Assembly: GCF_001194135.2 (NCBI RefSeq)
Contig: NC_069000.1
Location: 42,777,787 to 42,841,786, forward strand
DNA length: 64,000 nt
DNA from: Octopus bimaculoides
Taxonomy: Eukaryota
Direction: 5' to 3'
Each line of letters opens with the position of its first letter. Within the stretch, counting starts at the first letter, position 1. Position numbers and translations under genes: made by a program. Under the pieces are notes generated by a model, which was not told the origin of the DNA, did not search any database, and saw only the letters and a list, made by a program, of their open reading frames with translations. Positions 13,715 to 25,057 of this stretch are shown here, piece by piece.

Positions 13715-13989
13715 CATACACACATACATACATACATACGCACAGACTCTTCTACGTCTATAGCCTCGATATACCAAAATCGAACGTACACTGTAGTGAA
13801 TCTACAAATTCCGCATGTACGTATTTGGACTGTGGCCATTTCCCACAATTCCTCTTCCTCTACTCCGACACCTCCACATCCGCCACTATGACTACCAAAA
13901 CCACCGACACCAACATTGGCAGCATCGACAGTTACAGCAACACCACCTTCACCACCGCCAATCTATATTTATCTAACCGAATTCTATTT

Positions 13990-14255
13990 ATAGCCGCGAA
14001 GGTGTTGTCCAAATTCATCACCACCACCACCGTCATCATCATGACAATCATCATCACCATCTTCATCATCATCACCATCGTCATCATCATCATCATCACC
14101 CCTTCGACCATCATAATCCCCGCCGTCATCGCGGTTGTCGTTGTCATCGTCATCATCATCATCATGGTCATCATCAACCTTACCGTTGTCCTCATTATTA
14201 TTATTAGCAGTAGTAGTAGTAGCAACAGTAGCAGCAGTAGGAGTAGCAGGAGTAA
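13990..14255. repeat. (CAT/CGT)n and (AGT/AGC)n trinucleotide low-complexity tract
   Basis: Seen directly. Confidence 0.9.
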
Positions 14256-15759
14256 ACGCGCAGCAAAAGTACACGACTATTTATCATCTTGACAGCGAAT
14301 AATCGCAGTATAGGCACACAATTTCATATCGCTTGATGTATAAATTGGCATAGTCCCATAAATGCACACACACACACATACATACATGTATGTATATACA
14401 TATGGATCTAATGCATGTGTGTGTGTGTGTGTGTGTGTATGTGTGCGTGCGCGCGCGCATTCCCAAATATGTGCAGACATAAGAAAGAATACATACTGGC
14501 ATACACAGATTGTAATCATATAACAATGTTTTATATTTATACATTTTACATTTGGAAAGGATCGAATTTTGGCAAAGGCAGTAAAAACATTTCCAGATTT
14601 TAGCAAAGCTTTTTTGTTTTGTAGAAGTTAAACAGGAATTGATTTTCGTTTTAATGCTTACAAATAATCTTTCCTCTGTCTCACAGTTTTAGCTAATTAT
14701 ATCGATCTATGTCTGGACAGACGTATCTAATTCATCTACCAAAAACGTTCTTTTCGTTTTGTGTTTACAGCATCTCTTAACTTGCTCCAACGCGAGGGAC
14801 TCTATGTTGTTTTATTTCAGATAAATCTATTGTATATTTTCACTATAATTTTTAGCATGCTATAACATGGGTGATTCAACTTTGTTAATTTTCTACAGCA
14901 TTTCTTTCATATTTTAATCCTGTCTCTCAATACGATAGACAGACCATAATTTTCCACCATTATATTTTTCCAAAGCTTAACATCCTTTCTCGTTGCCTAC
15001 TGTTTAAATAAACGTGATCATCGCTCTTACTTGTGACGTGTCAGCAGGTCCCTTTCTCGTTGCCGACCGTAATTTATGTAATATTTGCTGAGGACGAAGA
15101 TGAAAAATGAGAAATGGTCACTATGATATATTTGAAGAGCTTATGCTTCTTCGTCAACACCCATCCAAACCATTAATCATCTACGGACATATTGCTTAAA
15201 TAGCCACTAAATAGAGCGTTGGACGTTCTTGGATATGCAGATTGTACATATTAAACACATTCCTGGAAGCTGGTAGGTAAATATTTACTGCGTATAAAGT
15301 GGGAAAATTCCTGAACCATAAATACAATATGCTGCACAGTCTATTATTTCTGATTCTGTTTTTGCAGATGCTTTCTTTTAATTTCAATGTGTGTTCAGAC
15401 AGAGCAGTTGCATTCTTTTTGTCAAAATTCCTGAATATGTGCGCGCGTGTTCTACATATCTGTACTTAAAGATTAAACTAAGGGAACTAACTCTAAACAG
15501 GATAGGGAGGATAACCGTACAGCTACACACGCATGCACACGCACGTATATATATATCGGAAGAAAGACTTCAACATATAAAGACATGCGAATGAAAGCAA
15601 GACTTACAATTTCCAAACAAGCATGCAATTACTGCCTTCTGTGGGAATCTAAATTTGAATTAAGATGCCTTGATTGTGGCATAGTAAAACGTTATGGGAT
15701 TTACTCAGCTTCCTTCTAAATGAGAGTAAAATTACTACCGGAAGTTAGCATCAATCCAT

Positions 15760-16142
15760 GCATGCATGCCTCTATCCATTTATTCATCTGTGTGTCTGCC
15801 TATATGTCCATCTATCTTCATATATACCTATCTATCTATCTATCTATCTACCTACCTACCTACCTACCTATCAACATAACTACCTACCTATATTCCTATC
15901 TCTCTACCTACCTACATATCCACCTACCTACCTACCTACCTACCTATATATGTATCTATCTCTCTATCTGTCTGTCTCTCCGTCTGTTTATCTATCCATC
16001 TAATTCATATATTTATCTATTCATATATCTGTCTATCTATCCGTCTATTCATTTATCTGCCTGTCTGTCTATCTAACTAAACTTTTATTCATTCATCTAT
16101 CTATTTATCTCTTTACCTCCCTCTCTCTCTACCTACCAATTT

Positions 16143-16179
<37 letters not shown>

Positions 16180-16215
16180 TCATATGTATGTCTGTCTGTC
16201 TGTCTGTCTGTTTAT
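15760..16215. repeat. (CTAT)n/(CTAC)n/(CTGT)n tetranucleotide microsatellite complex
   Basis: Seen directly. Confidence 0.9.
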
Positions 16216-16682
16216 ATATATAACCCACCATCTGATTTATCAATCACTCTTTCTTTTTATCTGATTACATGTCATTCAATCTACCTATATATTTTGTGCC
16301 TACTTAGCTATCTGATTTTATATCGATAAATTCATCTGTCTGTCTGTCTGCCCGTCTGTCTGTCAATCAATCAGTCGAAGTAATTAGGAATAAGATGCAA
16401 ATAGAAAGTTTGCAGGAACAGAACTTAAAAGCAAGAATAAATAAATAAAGAGATAAACGAAAATGAAAATATATTGAGACAGAAAAAAAAACATACGCAC
16501 AGCTAAAAAATTGTAGTAAAAAGTTCTACAGTCAGAAAAGGCAAAACAAAAGAAAAGCAATACATGCATGCATGCAGTTGTGTGTGTTTGTGTGTGCGTT
16601 TGTGTCTGTGTGTATGCGTGCCTGTGTTTGTATATACATGTATATATATTTATATATAAACATTTATATATATATCTCATGA

Positions 16683-16857
16683 TAGATCGCTAACCACTAC
16701 ACACATTTTTTCTCTCTCTCCTTGCTTCTTTCTGTGGAAGAGCGTAGTCTCGAAACGTTAAAGACTTTTTCAACTCCCGAGCGTTATACTAATACATCTA
16801 TTTGTTTTCTACACCATCTGTCTTCGTTTGTTGTTTTTTTTTGTGAATTTTCCCTAT
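16683..16857 (+). mobile_element. Short Penelope/retrozyme-like repeat with hammerhead-like motif (copy 1)
   Basis: tcttt-CTGTGGA-a-gagc gtag tctc-GAAA-cg-tt-aaaga at 16727-16764. Flanks align with 24070-24262 and 50670-50838. Ends at (TA)n. Confidence 0.7.
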
Positions 16858-17476
16858 ATATATATATATATATATATATNNNNNNNNNNNNNNNNNNNNN
16901 NNNNNNNNNNNNNNNNNNNNNNNNNNNNNNNNNNNNNNNNNNNNNNNNNNNNNNNNNNNNNNNNNNNNNNNNNNNNNNNNNNNNNNNNNNNNNNNNNNNN
17001 NNNNNNNNNNNNNNNNNNNNNNNNNNNNNNNNNNNNNNNNNNNNNNNNNNNNNNNNNNNNNNNNNNNNNNNNNNNNNNNNNNNNNNNNNNNNNNNNNNNN
17101 NNNNNNNNNNNNNNNNNNNNNNNNNNNNNNNNNNNNNNNNNNNNNNNNNNNNNNNNNNNNNNNNNNNNNNNNNNNNNNNNNNNNNNNNNNNNNNNNNNNN
17201 NNNNNNNNNNNNNNNNNNNNNNNNNNNNNNNNNNNNNNNNNNNNNNNNNNNNNNNNNNNNNNNNNNNNNNNNNNNNNNNNNNNNNNNNNNNNNNNNNNNN
17301 NNNNNNNNNNNNNNNNNNNNNNNNNNNNNNNNNNNNNNNNNNNNNNNNNNNNNNNNNNNNNNNNNNNNNNNNNNNNNNNNNNNNNNNNNNNNNNNNNNNN
17401 NNNNNNNNNNNNNNNNNNNNNNNNNNNNNNNNNNNNNNNNNNNNNNNNNNNNNNNNNNNNNNNNNNNNNNNNNNNN

Positions 17477-17604
17477 ACTTAAGTGTGGCTGACCCCTAGG
17501 GGTGGATGTTACTGTCGTGTGTCGATAAGCCAGCTGGAGGAGATGTCCTCCTGGGGCTAAAAGCAGCAGTAACATCCACCCCTCGGGGTCAGCCACACTT
17601 AAGT
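17477..17604. mobile_element. Foldback MITE with 38-bp inverted repeats and TTAA at both ends
   Basis: 17477-17514 and 17567-17604 are reverse complements with 1 mismatch. The left end abuts a gap. Confidence 0.85.
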
Positions 17605-17634
17605 GGCAATATACTACACTTTATATATATATAC

Positions 17635-17668
<34 letters not shown>

Positions 17669-18115
17669 GTATATATACATAAAACGATTTGAAACAACGA
17701 TAAGGCCATTTGTTCTTCCTTATACCGTTTCTAACAAAGTAGACCGTTTGATCATGTAGTATACTGCATTATATTATACTAAATTTTACTGAACATTACA
17801 GTATATTAAAAGTCTGCACTCGACCAGGTGAAGAATAAATGTAAATTGTTAACTAACGGAAGGTTTTCTGTGAGGAATTGACAGCAGATTGGCACGGTGC
17901 CACAGGAAAAGTAGAATGGTAAAACAAAAACCAAGTTGAAGTATGATTTGAGCCAGAGGTGAAAATAGTAAATGGTGATTCGTCTCTAGATTGTTATATG
18001 ATATTTCTGGATGTAATGTAACAATCTCTGAGACTTCTGTTCGGTGTTCATCAGAGAGATTGTTAGAGGAGAGTGGTGTGTGTATGTGTGTGTGTGTGTA
18101 TATGTGTGATATGTG

Positions 18116-18151
<36 letters not shown>

Positions 18152-18233
18152 CACAGCTACACACGTGTATGTATATTTGTATATAAGTGTATATGTATAT
18201 ATACATATATATATATACATTATATATATATAA

Positions 18234-18268
<35 letters not shown>

Positions 18269-18328
18269 CTTATATATATGGACGTATATGTATACACTTA
18301 TATATATACATTTATATATATATACATA

Positions 18329-18359
<31 letters not shown>

Positions 18360-19049
18360 ATGTGAGAAAGAGAGACAGAGAGTAAGAGATCGAGAAATAC
18401 GAAGAGAGAGAAAGGGAGCGGAGAGTGATAGCGAGAGAGAAAGAGAGGGGGAGAGAGGGAGAGTGTATGAATGATATAATGGGGAGAATGACAGAGAGAA
18501 GACTTAGAAATAAATGCGAGAAATATCCTCTGCGTCCATAGAATGGGTGGAAGTGTGAGGAGGGTGAAGGAAAAAGGTAAAAGAGATGCAGGAAACGGGA
18601 AAGAGTAGAAGTTTGGTAAGATGCTCAAAGTGGAATAGAGAGAGAGTAGAGAAAAGGAGAGCTGATGTGGGTGGGGGTGGGGACACAGGAGGGGATGTCG
18701 GGGTGATTAGGTTTTGATTATAAATAGAAATAAACAGGAATTATTAGCCGAATGGGAGACTGAAGACTATTTGGGTGGATGGACGAAGGGACACATCTAT
18801 GGGTAGATGGGTGGATATATATATATATAGATGGGTAGATATATAGATTGATGGAGAGCCAGATGTTGAAGTAAGGAGAACATAGAAAAGGCAGCACGGT
18901 GAAGAGATGGTTGACGGGGTACGTGGAGCGTCGGTTTTACACAAACACACATAGACACACCATATACACACAAACACGTGCACACCACACTAACAGACAC
19001 ACACACACGCACACACGTACATGTGTATGCAAATATATAAGTAAATATG

Positions 19050-19095
<46 letters not shown>

Positions 19096-19096
<1 letters not shown>

Positions 19097-19328
19097 TCCT
19101 TTACACATTTCACACATTTGACTGTGGCCATGCTGGAGCACCGCCTTTAGTCGAACAAATCGACCCAGGACTTATTCTTTGTAAGCCTAGTACTTATTCT
19201 ATCGGNNNNNNNNNNTGTAAGCCTAGTACTTATTCTATCGGCATCTTTTGCCGAACCGCTAAGTTACGGGGACGTAAACACACCAACAGCGGTTGTCAAG
19301 CGATGGTGGGGGACAACCACAGGCACAC
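19096..19328 (-). mobile_element. SINE 3' half (family A), high-identity copy split by a 10-N gap
   Basis: catttgactgtggccatgctggagcaccgcctttagtcgaacaaatcgacccagg...ccgaaccgctaagttacggggacgtaaacacacc...gacaaccacagg. Confidence 0.9.
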
Positions 19329-19395
19329 AAATATATATATATATATTTCTCGCTGGATCAGATGAACAAATTCAACCCATACATATATACATAGC

Positions 19396-19563
19396 AAGTT
19401 CAGGATTATACCTGTAATTATTGGGGCCCTGGGATATGTAACACACTGTCTAAATACCAATCTTGAGAATCTAGGCTTCTCAAAACCAGAATGGAGAAAG
19501 CTAATTCGAAAAATACAGATCCAATCCATCACTGGAACTGTAAAAATCTGTAAAACATTCCAA
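19396..19563 (+). mobile_element. C-terminal fragment of an RLE-type non-LTR retroelement (R4/Dong/HERO-like)
   Basis: Translates as KFRIIPVIIGALGYVTHCLNTNLENLGFSKPEWRKLIRKIQIQSITGTVKICKTFQ, matching the PVVIGALG...IQ...L.GT..I.R end of restriction-like endonuclease ORFs. Confidence 0.75.
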
Positions 19564-19744
19564 CTGGTTCCAATCCAGTCAGTTACCCATTCAACAGACT
19601 GGCATTAAGTTCAGGGGCAACGTTCGCCTGTCGCCTAGCCTGCAGTGTTGCATCATTCGAGGGCTAAAGCAATGCAAAAGGCATTGTGACCAGCGAGGTG
19701 TCTGGTCGATACAGCGATGTATGTATATATGTATATATTTCTTT

Positions 19745-20015
19745 TCCTCAACAGGCCCTGCCCTGTTTAACATTGTCCCGAAACAGATAAAAGAGGAAAC
19801 AGATCCTATCAGCTTTAAACGGAGTCTAGACAGCTTTCTTAAAAGAGTACCAGACAAGCCACCCATACCTGGATACAACTCATTCAATAAGAACTCACTA
19901 CTTGAATGGACCATAGACAAAACTTGACTGTAAAAAGGATTTAGATAATTCTATCAGGTGGTGCTATTAAGTTAGACATGGCCTGGACCAATCTTTGGTC
20001 GAAACATATCTAAGT
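19745..20015 (+). mobile_element. CR1-group LINE 3' end (ORF2 C-terminus plus 3' UTR)
   Basis: TGPALFNIVPKQIKEETDPISFKRSLDSFLKRVPDKPPIPGYNSFNKNSLLEW matches the GP.LFN.LP...FK..LD.FL..VPD.P...NSL..W terminus of CR1-like ORF2. Confidence 0.8.
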
Positions 20016-21009
20016 TTATGTATCCATGTCTGTAAGTATAAGTGTTTGTATGTGTTAGTGTATGTGATGTGTGTATAATTTTGTAAGGATATATGTATAT
20101 TTGTATGTATGTATATATATATATATGTAAGTACCCATGTATTTATGTATGCATGCATGTATACGTAAGTATGGATGTGCATGGGAGCAGTGTGTGTGTA
20201 GACAGAGAGGCGGGCAAGTAGATTGATAGGTAAATCGACGAATTGATAATAGAAGTAGAAATCTCTATGCAGCTTGACAAATTGGCTGCTTTAGTTGGCT
20301 AGATATCAAAGCTCTTGCTGTTTCTCTCACGACGCTCGCCGGAACAGAGATAAATTGAAAAAAATATACCAATACGTGTGAACATCATTTACATTAACCA
20401 GCGCTAAACAGTTTGTTCCGTTGTTGACTTTGTAGTCTGGGACTCTTTAAGGAATGGAATACTAAATAAATATACAATCTGATGTGTTTGCAATCAAAGC
20501 AAAGACTTAGATTAAATAAATTTAAACTGTGCATACATAGAAGACCGGATAAAGCTAGATTTACAACCGCCGAATACAATCTCTCGTGAAGGCAGCAGCC
20601 GTTGGTTTCCCCCTTTCCATCGAGACAAAACAAAAGACGCGTCTACACGCATTTTGATACAAAGCGGTTATTTGTATGTACAAAAATATATGCATACATA
20701 AACATATACACACACACTCACACATACACACGCGTGTAAGTATGTATAGATCAGAATATATATATATATATATATTTGTCTGTCTATTCTGTATACATAA
20801 ATATTTATTTTCATCAAAGACATATGCACATATACATATTTACATGTTACTATAGTTATATATATAAGCAAACATATAATACATACATAGATGAACATAT
20901 TCACGTATTAATGTATATGTATATATCTACAAATCTCTAGATATATACATCAATATTTATATGTATATAAATATACATATGTATGTATATATATATATAT
21001 ATGCATATA

Positions 21010-21156
21010 TACAGGTGTTGGTCAGAATAATGGAACCACCTATCATCAGAGAATCATAATTTTGAAATAACTATAAAACCGTCAAATTATTATTAGTGTT
21101 GCTTAATATGTTTTGCTAAAATTGCCGTTTCTTTTCAGATATCATCAGAAAACGTA
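21010..21156 (+). mobile_element. Left end of a Tc1-like DNA transposon, truncated at a gap
   Basis: TA|CAGGTGTTGGTCAGAATAATGGAACCACC is a Tc1-type terminus following a TA target. Confidence 0.55.
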
Positions 21157-21310
21157 NNNNNNNNNNTAATAATAAAAGGGTAAAATTAATTAATTAATCA
21201 ATTAATTAATAATTTTACCAAGTAGATCGGTACGTTGAAATAACGTTTTTAAGTAAAATTATACAAATATTCTATAATTATAAACATAATTATAAACATA
21301 ATTATAATTA

Positions 21311-21763
21311 GGGTCAGCTAATTGCTTCACCACATACCGAATTTAGAAATAGGAGTTAAAAATTTCTTTTCTGCTACCGTAAGCATCTCCCAGAGAGTAA
21401 CAAACGTTTTTTATGTAGGCAAAAGGAAAAATAATGAATCCACATGACTCCAATTAGCCACATACGCGTTTCGAGATTATTGTATATTTACTTATTTCTC
21501 ATCATCAGTGTAGCATTTCAAATATAAATTTGAAAGTGCTAGAGTTAAATATCTACATGATCAAGCGTCATCGCACAACAGATATCCAATTAGCACTTCC
21601 AGAATTTACACAGCCGAATAGGAATGCATATTTATCCTTTGTACCTTTCTTTTTGCCTACGTAAAATAATGTGTTACTCCCTTGAAGATTCTTACGGTAG
21701 TAGAAAAGGAAATTTTAACTCTTATTTCTAAATTCGGTATGTGGTGAAGCAATTAGCTGACCC
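21311..21763. mobile_element. MITE with ~118-bp terminal inverted repeats (GGG...CCC, TTAA-like flanks)
   Basis: 21311-21429 and 21646-21763 are reverse complements. The first 41 bp are identical, with about 14 differences overall by hand alignment. Right flank is TTAA, left flank ATTA. Confidence 0.9.
21457..21514 (-). ncRNA. Minimal type-I hammerhead ribozyme motif, core intact
   Basis: Minus strand reads GCUACA-CUGAUGA-U-GAGA(20 nt)UCUC-GAAA-CGCG-UA-UGUGGC. Stem I is 6 bp with one G-U, stem II is 4 bp, stem III is palindromic (ACGCGU), and the cleavage triplet is GUA. Confidence 0.8.
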
Positions 21764-21835
21764 TTAATTATAATTATGTTTATAATTATAGAATATTTAC
21801 GTATGTTATATACATAGATTGACAGATGTATAGAT

Positions 21836-21873
<38 letters not shown>

Positions 21874-22036
21874 AGAGAGAAAGAGAGAGAAAGATATGAT
21901 ACATATAAAAAATAAACACACTTGAACTTGATATATAAAATATACATATATGTACATATATATATTATATATTTATATATATAGATATAAACATACACAC
22001 GCACACACGCACGTTAGCATTTTCAATATATATATT

Positions 22037-22232
22037 GAAATGCTTAGAGGTATTTCGTCTGCCGTTGCGTTCTGAGTTCACATCCCGTCGAGGTCGACTT
22101 TGCTTTTCAACATTTCCGGGGCGATTAACTAAGTACGAGTTACGCACTGGGGTCAATGGAATCGATTTAATCCCATTGCCTGCCTTTGTTTGTCTATGTC
22201 TAGCCCCCCACCCTATGGGCAATAAACAAATA
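22037..22232 (+). mobile_element. tRNA-SINE family C (5'-truncated, tail variant 2)
   Basis: gaaatgcttagaggtatttcgtctgccgttgcgttctgagttcacatcccgtcgaggtcgactttgc...; the tail aatcccattgcctgcctttgtttgtc matches 58524-58565 in reverse complement. Confidence 0.85.
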
Positions 22233-22791
22233 CATATATATATATAGAGAGAGAGAGATAAATGAATCTCGATGCATTTATATAGTTATATACACACAAA
22301 ATGCGTACACATATACATGCCTACATTTATATATATATTTGTGTCTGTGAGTGGTGTGTGTATATATTCAAAAGATAGACATATTTTTGAAGCTATCATA
22401 AAGCATCGTTGTCTTAATAAGGGCTTTCCATATTTCCTGAAAAAGGCTGCATTACAGACTCCATATTACATAGAAAACAATGACGTTTTTAGTGCCATTA
22501 ATGTCTATAGACTTACCGAGTGTAATTTTCTGGATAAAGCCATTTCTAATGGTGTTTGCCAACATTTTCAGTGAGTAATGTACTACCACGGTCGAAAATA
22601 CACTCCAGCATATTACACACACACACACACACATTTATGTTTATACTGCCACACATACATATAGATATATTATACAAACATATGTACGGATATATATATA
22701 TATATATATATATAAACACACACACATATGCATATATATAAATATATATGTGTGTGTGTATGAATGTATACATATATGTCTCCATCAAGCA

Positions 22792-22955
22792 CTTCTTATT
22801 GTTTTACTTTTTTCAGTCCTTTGACTGCGGCCGTGGTGGAGCATCGCTTTTAGTCGAAAAGATCAACTCCAGAACTCATATAGAAGCCTAGTACTTATTC
22901 TATCGGTTGATTTTGCTGAACCGCTTGATAACGGGACGTAAGCACACCAACACCA
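22792..22955 (-). mobile_element. SINE 3' half (family A)
   Basis: ttcagtcctttgactgcggccgtggtggagcatcgcttttagtcgaa...cctagtacttattctatcgg...ggacgtaagcacaccaacacc. Confidence 0.8.
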
Positions 22956-22978
22956 GAACACACCACTCCGCTCTGATT

Positions 22979-23118
22979 ACCGCCATCTACTTGAAACACA
23001 GTGACTCACACATCTACCGTAAGATCTCATACTCCCACCCTACACACACCAAACTCTTCATCCTACATTCCCAATTCCTCTGTCTGCCAAAGCTCTGCAC
23101 TGACCACCATGACCTTGA
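22979..23118 (+). mobile_element. Penelope-like element RT C-terminal fragment
   Basis: Translates as TAIYLKHSDSHIYRKISYSHPTHTKLFILHSQFLCLPKLCTDHHDLD, matching the PLE motif Y.KPTDSH.YL...SSHP.HTK..IPYSQFLRLRRLCS. Confidence 0.75.
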
Positions 23119-24069
23119 TCCTGTTTAATCCTGACCGAACTTCCTATGTTTTGTCACTTCCATTTTGTCACTTTTACAATTATATATGGACATATATTTT
23201 ATGTATATGCATGTATTTATGCATGTATTTATATATGTATGTATGTATGTATGTATATATGTATGTATGTACGTACGTTCGTATGTATGCATGTATGCCT
23301 ATCCATCATTTTAGGGGCTTTGCTGTGTGCATCATTATAATGTTGCATGTAATTCTGCACCTTTAGAACTGAACATGAAGCAAGCCAAAAGCTCTCTGGT
23401 TGAAGCCCATTAGGGAACTATATTGCGTTTGATAGACAGGAACTACAAAAGTCAAAGCAAATTAAAGAGAAATCGATGAAGAAAGAAAGATAGAAAAAAG
23501 TAAAGAAATGCTGGAATACAATATGATAAGAATATGGCAGCTTACTTGGTTTGGCATTGTGGTTTTAGCAGAATTAGCAATCAGAAAAGCAAACACGCAA
23601 CTTAACAGCCACCAAACGTTAGAAGCAAAATGCAGCAGCTTAACGCTATCTTTTCTCCGCCCCCCCCCCAAAAAAAACACGCAATTCGGAATTAATTCCA
23701 ATAGTAAAGCTTCATTTATAGAACAAGAAAGATGTTTGTTTTCGCTTGTTTATCCAGATCATCTAAAGAAGCAGTGGTTGATGCTTCATATGTATGTGAC
23801 TTCGTCGTGGTTGTACTTAATATGCACAACGCAACTGCTGCGACATATTTTCCGCCGGCCATATTGTAGGATGACTGCTGTGGCTTTAGTCGATCATGTC
23901 AAAGAAAAAAAAAAAAAGAACCACGATTTCTTGTTGACAACCTGCTTCAGGGAATAATTTTATCAAAGCATGCGGGAAGAGGATTTTAATGCGTATGCAC
24001 ACGAGGACTACATTTATGTCGCAGTATCTGTTCATAATTTTCACTACGGATGTCACGATACACATGTAT

Positions 24070-24262
24070 ATAGATCGCTGTCCACAACATTCAAATTTTT
24101 TTCTCCGTGTTCTCCTAGTGTTTCGCCTTATTCTTTCTGTTGAAGAGCGTAGCTCGAAACGTTAAAGACTTTCTCTATTCCCGAGCGTTAAACTAATACA
24201 TCATTTTGTTGTTTACACCACCTGTCCTCGTCTGTTGTTTTTTTTTCTTAAATTCTCCCATA
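24070..24262 (+). mobile_element. Short Penelope/retrozyme-like repeat with hammerhead-like motif (copy 2, best preserved)
   Basis: tcttt-CTGTTGA-a-GAGC gta GCTC-GAAA-CG-TT-aaaga at 24132-24168. Ends ttctccca then (TA)n. Confidence 0.75.
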
Positions 24263-24293
24263 TANNNNNNNNNNNNNNNNNNNNNNNNNNNNN

Positions 24294-24331
<38 letters not shown>

Positions 24332-24334
<3 letters not shown>

Positions 24335-25057
24335 ATACTAAGGAATTTCAGGACAAGAGATTAAGTAGTCATGTTGACGCTATGGAAGACCTTTGTCCTC
24401 AGTCACCTAGACTACTGCTCTCAGTTGTGGTCACCACACAGCGTCAAGCTAACAACGGAGCCTGAAACAATCCACCGTTACTACACCAAAAAGATTGCTA
24501 CTGTCCAGCAGACGAATTACAGGGAGAGGCTGAAAGAACTACAACTTTATTCTGTAGAGCGTAGACGTGAGAGATAAGTAATAATTTACGTGTGGAAAAT
24601 ACTGGAACGATCAGTACCTAATTTTGTCATCAAGTGTTATATGAATGCTCGTACCGGAGGCCACTGCATAGTACCGAAGGTACCGTCCAGTGCATATAAG
24701 AACCAGGTACTGCAATAACCTAGGGTTCAGAGGACCACAGCTCTTCGATGCTCCGCCAAAACAATAGAGAAACTTAAACGATATAGATGTGGAAGTCTTC
24801 AAAAATAAAACTATCACTCTCCTATCTACAATACCAGACGAACCAATGACTCGACATGAGGCACAGTCGAGAGCAGCAGTGTCAAATTCACTCATACAGA
24901 TGGACCATCGACAATTTTGATGGGATCGCATCAGTCGGAGGAGAGGAATCACGGAAGGATTGTAAAGAGGGTACAGAAATAAAGAGTGGGGAAAAGAATG
25001 GCGGTGTTCCAGCATGACTACAGCCACCTGGCTGAGACACATACAAGAATAAAAGAA

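Noticed and set aside
18025-18058. ctctga...tcagag inverted repeat containing CTGATGA on the minus strand
   Set aside because: No stem II, and GAAG in place of GAAA.
21125-21155. gtttc...tcatcag (reverse-strand hammerhead-like)
   Set aside because: No stem II or palindromic stem III. It lies inside the Tc1-like end.
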